Assembly (NCBI GenBank): GCA_964016885.1
Contig: OZ024742.1
Location: 682,001 to 746,000 of the forward strand
Reading direction: 5' to 3'
Length of the DNA stretch: 64,000 nt
Source: Eledone cirrhosa
Lineage: Eukaryota
The notes under the pieces were generated by a model. The model was not told where the DNA came from and ran no database searches. It saw only the letters and a list, made by a program, of their open reading frames with translations. The position numbers and the translations under genes were made by a program. Positions 12,338-21,246 of this stretch are shown here, piece by piece (the stretch's first letter is position 1; every line of letters starts with the position of its first letter).

Positions 12338-13475
12338 TCATCATCATCAACGTTTAACGTCCATGTTCCACGCTTGCATGGGTTTGGACGGGGGTAGTCC
12401 CACTTGAGGCAAGAGTGATTTTCTTGCTCGCATAGGACTGTCTGGCAGGTTTTCTACAGTTGGATGCCCTTCCTAACACCAACCACATTTACAGTGTGGG
12501 TCTGGGAGGTTTTTACCATGTTGCCTACACGGCCACATTACAGCGTGGACTGTGCGTTTTTTTGTCGTGACACCTACACGATCTCATTTGTTTCGGCCTG
12601 GATGGCGCGGCACCAACATAACTTTACATAGAACGGGGTGGTGTGGATGGGGTGGGGGTGGTGGTGGTGGGACGGGGTGTATTTTGTTAGAGATGCCTAC
12701 TGGCAAGGCGGGTCTTCTCTATTACTGAGTACCGCCAAAGGTCTCGGTCCAGTGACATTGTCTTGGTGAGGTGTAAGTGCGTGAGGTCGGAGTTTATCAG
12801 CTCGTCCCAGGTTTTTCTGGGTCTGCCTATTCCGTGGCTACCGTCTATCTTTATTGCCCTGCACTTTGTTATACAGCTATCATCCTTCATGCGTATCACG
12901 TGACCATACCAACGTAGCCTTCTCTCGAGTAAACAACATCTGATCCCTCTTATTTCTAATTTTTTCCTTAGTTCGTTTATGCTTTGTCGTTCACGTATAT
13001 TACTATTACACATCCAGCGGAGCATGCAAGCTTCGTTTCTCTCTAGTCTGCGTATATCCTCTGCACACAATGCCCAGGTCTCACTGCCATGCAACATTGC
13101 TGTTCGTATGCAGGCATCGTACAGCCTGCCTTTCATTTTTAGTGAGAACCCTTTAGCGGCTAATAGTGGTATAAGCTCTCTGAACTTTTTCCACCCAGTT
13201 CTGACTCTAGCTACAGTACTTTCAGAGCACCCTCCCCCACTGCTGATTTTGTCACCCAGGTAACGGAAGCTGTCCACTATTTCTATAGAACCCTCTGCGC
13301 AGTTGAAAGAGCTAGTATTTTGTGGGCACTTGCTGCTACTTATATCCCCAGAATACCGGCCACATGTAAAATCTATGTTCTTAGTTAGCTTACCTGTGAT
13401 CCCACTACATCTTTTATGCACCCAAACTTTGCATTTGGGACACAAAATGGAATTTCTACCTACGCCTTTCCTACA
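12338..13475 (-). mobile_element. 5'-truncated RTE-clade LINE: C-terminal ORF fragment (12687-13475), 3' UTR and (GAT)n tail
   Basis: Motifs FRYLGD, LYDACIRTAMLHGSETW, RRLRWYGHVIRM and GRPRKTW are typical RTE post-RT sequence. Cys/His cluster CxxCxxWVHxxC. Flanked by (TA)n on both sides. Confidence 0.93.
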
Positions 13476-13498
13476 CACATATATATATATATATATAT

Positions 13499-13533
<35 letters not shown>

Positions 13534-13536
13534 CAA

Positions 13537-13569
<33 letters not shown>

Positions 13570-13769
13570 GATAATCTATTATAGCTTTGATAGGGATGAT
13601 AAATAATTAAATATTATTGAATTTAACCATTAAGAATACTATTATAATTATTGTAAGAATATATTCTATGATATGGTACTTTTGAAAGAACTCACTTTAC
13701 GAGATTTTCTATAAATAACAACAGCATCATATTAAAAACAAATAACACCAAACATCCAATATATATATA

Positions 13770-14973
13770 TGTGTGTCATCCGATAAGTAATGTTTTTTTT
13801 TACACTGTACTTTTTAAAATATGTTCCAGTATGTTCAAACAAGATTTCTTCACAGTTGTATAAATACAGAGAAAGAAAAGCTTCAATTAGTTTCTAGTTT
13901 GTAGACACAAATTTTCATTTGTTGCTTTAATAATCCTTCCAGAAAAGTCAGAAAAAAGCACATAAGACAAGACATGATTTACAAGTTTAAAAAACGGCAA
14001 CTGGGCTCTGAATACTTTAAAAAGTGTAAAATTTGTACAGTGAAGATGTCTTGAATGTTAGTAAGTTCCAAAGAGAGTTCAATAAATTTCAACAAGGAAA
14101 GTTTAACTTAGATGATGGCCATTGCTCAGAGTGCCATATCTCTTTTGTTGAAAGACTCCTATTGAAAAAGAAATCCCATGCAACAAAGAGATAGCAGAAG
14201 AGGTTAATTTAATGTCATCAACTGTCTATTGCAGGAACTTGGAATGGTGTCAAATCTTGGCAAATAGATTTTACATGAACTTTTACAACCAAAGAGAACG
14301 TGTCAGCATCTGCACAGCTCTTCATTCTTGAGAGTGTAAGTGTCCATTTTTAAACTGTCTTGTAACTGGTGATGAAAAGTGGATACTCTATAAGAATGTT
14401 ACATGTCGATAGCAGTTGGTTCAATCAGGACAACAAAAATCTCATCTAAAACAAGATCTTCATCCTCAGTTTTGTGAAGTGTTTGGTAGGTTAAGACTTG
14501 TGCCATACACATTGAAACCTCACTTTGCCACAAAATCTGACAATCACAGCTCAAATGTACTGTGAACAATCCAATCAATTGAATGAAATATTGAAATAAT
14601 GTACTCTCTAGTCAATCAAAAGGGTACCATTTTCCATTACAATAACGCCCAGCCTCATAGTGCCTGGATTACATGTTCCATAAAGAACGTGCCTGGAAAA
14701 GGCTTCCACATCGTCCATATTCTTCTGACCTTGTTCCTTTAGTTTATCATTTATTCCAATATTTGTAACATGTTATTAATGGAAAACAGTGCAAATTCTT
14801 AGAGGGGCTTCAAATGGACCACTTCACTTTTTCTCCTCCAAACTGTCTGATTTCTATAGGAACCGCATAAGAAACCTTTATTGAATATAAACTTGATTAA
14901 ATTTAGTAACTTGTGTTTTTTATCTCTTCAAAACCTAAAACTAAAAGTAAAATCTCTTATCGGATGGCCACGC
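13770..14973 (+). mobile_element. Decayed Tc1/mariner DNA transposon, about 1.2 kb, with a transposase pseudogene
   Basis: Inverted termini CATCCGATAAG (13777) and CTTATCGGATG (14956). Remnant motifs VTGDEKWILYKN (~14362), FHYNNAQPH (~14632) and PHRPYSSDLVPLVYHLF (~14706), with stops and frameshifts. Confidence 0.9.
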
Positions 14974-15384
14974 GTGCGTGTGTGTATGTGGACATACACA
15001 CACACAAACACACACACACACACACACACACAAAAACAGCCATAAAATGTTTCTAGAATTTATCTTTTCCTTATTTGAAATTGTTTTCTTTTTCTCAATT
15101 TGTTAAATATCTCATAATTCTTATCACCATCCACGCAGTTTTCAGACTTCATATGCCCCTTATTATTAAAACATCCATGAGGTGTAACGTATAAGGAGGG
15201 TAAACATTGGACCCTATTATTAAAACATCCAAGAAACCCCTATGAAATGTAACCTTGTAAGAAGGTAGTTAAAGCTACATGTGAACTACAACAACAACAA
15301 CAACAACAATATAGAGCAAAGTTAATGTAATATTGTAGAGACAGATATTGAAGTACGGGGAACTTTGTCTATTTTATCAGAACA

Positions 15385-15890
15385 TACATATATAGCATAT
15401 ATACACCATATATACACCATATATATATCATATATACACCACATATATAGCATATATACACCACATATATAATTCATATATACACCACATATATACATCA
15501 TATACACCACATATATACATCATATACACCACATATATACATCATATACACCACATATACCATATATACATAATATATACACCACATATATACATCATAT
15601 ACACCACATATATACATCATATACACACCACATATATACCATATATACATCATATATACACCATATACACACCACATATATACTATACATACACCATATA
15701 TACACCACATATATACATCATATACACACCACATATATACCATATATACATCATATATACACCACATATATAACATATACCACATATACACCACATATAT
15801 ACTATATATATACACCACATATATACTATATATACACCACATATACAGCACATATATACTACATATATACACTATATACACACCACATTT
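15385..15890. repeat. Degenerate compound microsatellite (CATATATACACCA-type)
   Basis: Visible directly. Confidence 0.9.
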
Positions 15891-15998
15891 GTACGTCATA
15901 TACCAACACAACAAATAGATTTCAAACCAGTCACAAGTGACAAACACATGTAAATATATAGAACAAAACATTACCACTTCTTCAAAGACAGTCTGTCT

Positions 15999-16707
15999 TT
16001 AACCCTTTCATTACCATTTTTCTAATGAAAGACACTGTCTATGTCATTAACCCTTTCATTAGCATATTTCTAATGAAAGACACTACCTATGTCATTAACC
16101 CTTTCATTACCATTTTTCTAATGAAAGACACTGTCTATGTCATTAACCCTTTCATTACCATTTTTCTAATGAAAGACACTACCTATGTCATTAACCCTTT
16201 CATTACCATATTTCTAATGAAAGACACTGTCTATGTCATTAACCCTTTCATTACCATTTTTCTAATGAAAGACACTACCTATGTCATTAACCCTTTCATT
16301 ACCATATTTCTAATGAAAGACACTGTCTATGTCATTAACCCTTTCATTACCATTTTTCTAATGAAAGACACTACCTATGTCATTAACCCTTTCATTACCA
16401 TTTTTCTAATGAAAGACACTGTCTATGTCATTAACCCTTTCATTACCATTTTTCTAATGAAAGACACTACCTATGTCATTAACCCTTTCATTACCATTTT
16501 TCTAATGAAAGACACTACTTATGATTTTATAATTTGGAGAGATTTAGAAATATAACTTTCTCATAATTCAGCTGTTGTTCTGAAAATAATTTATCAAAGG
16601 TTTTTGTATAAAATTATGATTTTAGATAAATCTAAACTGTTTAAAATAAATAGTTTTGTATCATAGAACCAGACTAGTTTTAGGCAGTTTGGCATTAAAA
16701 GAGTTAA
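15999..16707. mobile_element. TTAA-flanked (piggyBac-like) MITE whose left end is amplified as a 48-bp tandem repeat (15999-16520, about 11 units)
   Basis: Begins TTAACCCTTT and ends AAAGAGTTAA. Unit TTAACCCTTTCATTACCATTTTTCTAATGAAAGACACT(GT/AC)CTATGTCA. Confidence 0.7.
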
Positions 16708-16998
16708 CCATGTGTTGGCAGTTGATTCATTCAAATGACTAAAACTACTTATTAACTCTTACATCCTGTAATGATTTAGCAGCAAAATATCTAAAAATGG
16801 GTTTGTTAATTCAAGTGTTTATAGTGCCTTTACTAATGGACAGATTTTTATGAAAATTTGCAGTATTAAAATATAAACTTTAATGTGATGCAGTTATAGT
16901 GCATCTTTATAGTTTTCAAGAATACCTTGCCAATGTGGTTTCATGTGGGACAGGACGTTAAGAGTTAAAGAATATAGTGTTATAGGTAGAAGACATAC

Positions 16999-17421
16999 AT
17001 TATCACTTGCTGTGTCTTCATTAAGAGCATCAGCAACTGGTAGATAACTCTCTACAGGACTGGTCAGAGGTTGACTTGTTGGCAACATGCTGCTTGTCAG
17101 GCTATGGCTGTGATGACAACTGTCTGTTGTGCCACAGCCTGTCACATCACATACTCTGCTGCCACTTGGACACAATGTTAGAGGATGAGACACACCAAAA
17201 TGGTCAGCAGTAGCAGTAGTAGCAGTAGTAGCATTAGTAGTAGCTGTAGCATTAGCAGAAGCAGTAGTGGCAGCAGCTGTAGTGGTTTGCTTGTGGTTAG
17301 TAGAGAGTGGACATGCAATACTGGTCAGCTGGTTGTTAGGCAAAGGTAGTGCTGCTCTCTCTCTGATAGTAGGAGAAGGAGGAGGACAGGAAGCAGGTCG
17401 CCATTCCCAGCATGCCGTATA
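16999..17421 (-). CDS. Candidate 423-nt low-complexity (Ser/Thr/Ala/Pro-rich) exon within the Myo9 loop-2 region
   Basis: Strong pyrimidine tract ctttctttctgttttctatatAG|, 141 open codons (YTACWEWRPASCPPPSP...EDTASDN), AAT|GTATGT donor. Phase 0/0 does not join directly to the flanking phase-2 exons. Confidence 0.4.
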
Positions 17422-17666
17422 CTATATAGAAAACAGAAAGAAAGTTGATCCAAACAGCATGGCATCAACATTGCGTCAAATAAAGTTATAGTTTTTCCAA
17501 CACACATACACATGCATACATACACACACACACTCAGATACACCCAGACACACACACACACACACAGGCATTCATTTAACCTTATAATACATTATCACCA
17601 AAATAATGTTTTTATTAGAAGGCTACAGCAATGTAAATAGGACAAAGTATATAAAAAATTAATGAT

Positions 17667-17877
17667 AAAGATGTTGGAATGTTACCTTGCAGTTGTTTAA
17701 TAGCCCCTAATATTTCAGGATAAAATCCTTTCATCAGAAAAATAATTCAGGAAACTAATTTGAAGCAAGATATTTCATCGTTCTTAAGCTTAGATATCCT
17801 ACTCTTTTGAGGAGCGGATTTATCCCGAAATATTAAGGGTTCATTTAATAACTCCAAGGTAACATTCCAATATCTTT
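17667..17877. mobile_element. Old inverted-repeat element (arms of about 62 bp) with degenerate minimal hammerhead motifs; probably Penelope-like
   Basis: 17667-17728 is approximately the reverse complement of 17816-17877. The minus strand reads CTGATGA-a-aggat-ttt-atcct-GAAA-tat-TA-gggg. Confidence 0.6.
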
Positions 17878-18084
17878 GTTATAATATTTTTAACATTTAA
17901 TGTCTCATGTATTACTGTAGTCTTCTAATAAAATACAATATTTTCTACACTTTATACAATCTTTCAAATTATAACAGCCTCTTGTGACTACATCATCACT
18001 GTTGACTTTACAGAAGAAGAAAATGACAACATTGAAAGGTTGGCTGATCTCTAACAATACTTTATATGTGATATGACAGAGATC

Positions 18085-19400
18085 AGCTCTTACAACCTCC
18101 ACCCCGGTCTTCCTTGCTCTCCTACTGCAGCTTCCCTCCACTGAGATTTCTTGGTACTTCATCCAACGATCATTCATACGTATCACATGTCCATACCAGT
18201 GCAGTCTTCTCTCCAGCACACTACACCTGATTCCTCTTATACCCAGTTTCTCTCTCAGTTCATCTCTGCGTATTTGTTATCACACACTAGCATTAAAGCC
18301 CGGCGTTGCTCGGGGTCATTAAGTTACCAAAGTTAGGTTGCACCACCCATTTTATGGCAGCACTTTTTTGTCTGCCAGGCACTGGGTGAATGAATTGCAG
18401 ACCTGGAAGCATGAGCTGCGCCAGCAGTGACAATTGTAGTTTCGCCTATGGATATTATCTCTGCAAAAAAGTGTTGAAATTTATTGTTTCACAGTACTTG
18501 CGCAACACGCGCGTAGACGATGCCAGCCGAACAACAGAGCTGCGATGGAGTTGTTCTGCATGGTTGTCTGTGTGTTTTCTAAATTTAAGACAGTAGGGAG
18601 GGTTGTGATATGAGGGAGAGTTAGCTGTTGTTTCTAGCAGGTTTAGTGACCTCATAGAGGATATGTGTTTTCTAAATTTAAGACAGTAGGGAGTGGTGTG
18701 ATATGGGGGAGAGTTAGCTGCTGTTTCTAGCAGATTTAGTGACTTCATAGAAGATATGTTTTCTAAATTTAAGACAGTAGGGAGGGGTGTGATATGGGGG
18801 AGAGTTAGCTGCTGTTTCTAGCAGGTTTAGTAACCTCATAGAGGATATATGTTTTCTAAATTTAAGACAGTAGGGAGTGGTGTGGGGAGGGGTGTGTTAT
18901 GGGGGAGAGTTAGCTGCTGTTTCTAGCAGGTTTAGTAACCTCATAGAGGATATGTGTTTTCTAAATTTAAGACAGTTGGGAGTGGTGTGGACGGACAGTA
19001 TCACCATCAAGCTTGGAAAGAGAAAGTAGCAGAAAGTATGAAGTTGTATAGATTTTGAATGGTAGTAGAAAGAGTTCAGCAGTTTAAATGAGAGAGAAAA
19101 ATCGTAAAATATTGAGTTTTATCTATTTTTTTCGTAATTGTGGGTGAAATTGAAAAAATTATCTGCGTCAAGACGCAATCAAAGCTATTTTGAATACTGA
19201 ATTGTAAATTTCAATTGAAGAAATTCTATATCGTAGATTTCTATAACGAAGGAGCATGACCACACACTGAGCTTTATAGATTATGATTAACATTGCACAT
19301 CCATTGGAGTATGTTGACTTTGTTTCTCCACATCCTTCACATATCCTCTGCATTCACTGCCCACATCTCACTAACATCACACATCATACAGATCACCATT
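18085..19400 (-). pseudogene. Older RTE LINE ORF fragment split into 18085-18286 and 19281-19400 by a Helitron insertion
   Basis: The two parts translate to SEMWAVNAED / QWMCNVN and ELREKLGIRGIRCSVLERRLHWYGHVIRMND, collinear with the 12687 ORF. Confidence 0.8.
18287..19280 (-). mobile_element. Non-autonomous Helitron (994 bp) with internal ~93-105-bp tandem repeats (18571-18990)
   Basis: On the minus strand it starts A|TC and ends with a GC-rich hairpin CCCGAGC-AAC-GCCGGG, 8 nt, then CTAG|T. A/T target with no target-site duplication. Confidence 0.85.
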
Positions 19401-19677
19401 CTAACTATTACATTTTAATAATTACTAAATTGTGCTTTAATAAACTAAGGTTTATGTGAATAAATTCTAATGTTTACTAAACTGTGGTTCATTAGATTAC
19501 GGTTTAGTAAACTATGGTTTACTAAATTAAACAAAAAAGAAACCAAATGTTAAATGAAGAGAGAATAGCGAAAACAAAAGAAATACAAGACTGTCCCAAA
19601 TAAATGGTGGTTAGTGTAAATAAGATAAATTTAGAGCTTTCTGTTCTACTAAGTCAGGATTAATGATATTAACTTAC

Positions 19678-19740
19678 CTCTCTAAACTGTTCAATAATTT
19701 ATTACCCAAATTACTACAGCATGTCCTTTGTAAATCTGAC
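19678..19740 (-). CDS. MYO9: Myosin IX loop-2 exon: (R)SDLQRTCCSNLGNKLLNSLE(R)
   Basis: ttttcAG| acceptor, GAG|GTAAGT donor, 63 nt, phase 2/2, open frame. Confidence 0.7.
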
Positions 19741-20034
19741 CTGAAAATATAGAAATTATTCCTGAGCTGTGTCAAGGACATGACGACCTCCCTAGTGTTT
19801 GGTGATCTACACAACAAATACACCCAGTGCCCTCTCACTGACCACTTTACTGCATAACTGACAATATAAATGGGCTATCTACCTTGTCTACAGTCAACAA
19901 GGACATCAAATTTAACTTTCAAACCATTGATATATAGTGAGGAACCTTCATAAAACTATACAATATGATAATAGAGAGTAGGTTGGAAAGAGACAGTGGT
20001 AACAAATATGAAACTATGCCATGTGTATTTGTAT

Positions 20035-20065
<31 letters not shown>

Positions 20066-20157
20066 ACGAAGGAAATGTGGTAAGGAACCAGGTGGACCAT
20101 AACGCACCAAAGTACTCAATACTTGAGGTAGTAGAGTGGATAATAGGAACCAGTAAG

Positions 20158-20251
20158 ACCCCGACAGCTGAGCTCAAGCCGTTTCGACGGCTAATTCTGG
20201 ACTAAATGAAAATTTATCCTGGTATTTAAATAGCCGATCTTCTCAAGGGGT
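20158..20251 (-). ncRNA. Second copy of the type I hammerhead ribozyme, sense to the Myo9 pre-mRNA
   Basis: Reverse complement of 20972-21065. Confidence 0.8.
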
Positions 20252-20971
20252 AATTCGATATATGGTCAAAGTGATTGTCAAAAATCAGTAGTAATTCTGT
20301 GGTTGCAAATTAGTAGGGGAGATGGTGGCTAAACCTGCCAGTAGGAGAAAGAGGGGAGGGGTGGAGTAGCCCCAATCAAGCGTTTGTAGTGCCAGCTACA
20401 GCTGGGCATGAGGTCAAAGAAGATACAGGGGAGGGGGAGGGGGAGGAGTCGGAACGGTAGGTAGAACAATGGGGGGGGGGGGGGGGTAGAAATATATAGG
20501 AAGGAAAAATACTGAGAGTGAAGAAAAGCAAATAAGTGTAAAGAAAAACAAATGAGTGTAAAGAAAAAAGTAAAGTAAATTAAATTCTACGACCTAGGTC
20601 TCAGGCTATTGTTAGTCTAGAATAAATAAATAAATAAAGAAAGAAAGAAGTAAAGAAAGAAATAAAGAAATAACGAAATAAGTAAAAGAACTAGGTGGGA
20701 CGGAATAGGCGAGGACCCTTTTAAGAGGTATAAGTACGTAAATGATACGGTGACGGGTCAACAAAAGGGGCCAAAATACTAAAGAGACTACCCCTGTATC
20801 TTCTTTGACCTCATGCCCAGCTGTAGCTGGCACTACAAACGCTTGATTGGGGCTACTCCACCCCCTCCCCTCTTTCTCCTACTGGCATGTTTAGCCACCA
20901 TCTCCCCTACTAATTTGCAACCACAGAATTACTACTGATTTTTGACAATCACTTTGACCATATATCGAATT

Positions 20972-21065
20972 ACCCCTTGAGAAGATCGGCTATTTAAATA
21001 CCAGGATAAATTTTCATTTAGTCCAGAATTAGCCGTCGAAACGGCTTGAGCTCAGCTGTCGGGGT
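20972..21065 (+). ncRNA. Type I hammerhead ribozyme (U3-A8 core variant), predicted cleavage after GUC at 21060
   Basis: Helix I ACCCC/GGGGT; core TTGAGAA; helix II GA(T)CGGCTA/TAGCCGTC; GAA; helix III ACGGCT/AGCTGT; C17. Confidence 0.8.
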
Positions 21066-21075
21066 CTTACTGGTT

Positions 21076-21113
<38 letters not shown>

Positions 21114-21246
21114 ACTCTTTAGTTGCAACAATAAGAAGTGTGCCAATCACAACGTCCTGGGGTTTAATCCTACTTCAATATATTATCACTAGTTATTGTA
21201 TTAATGGAGAACTGTGTGGTAATTTAGTCTCAACAGGTAACCTAAT

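Larger units (their letters stand above)
20066..21080. mobile_element. Penelope-like non-autonomous insertion: ~289-bp near-perfect inverted repeats (20143-20431 and 20791-21080) around a 359-bp spacer, inserted in (TA)n
   Basis: By eye the arms differ by one substitution and one 1-bp indel. Each arm holds a hammerhead, and the left arm has an extra ~75-bp tail (20066-20142), as in pLTR plus inverted pLTR arrangements. Confidence 0.75.
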
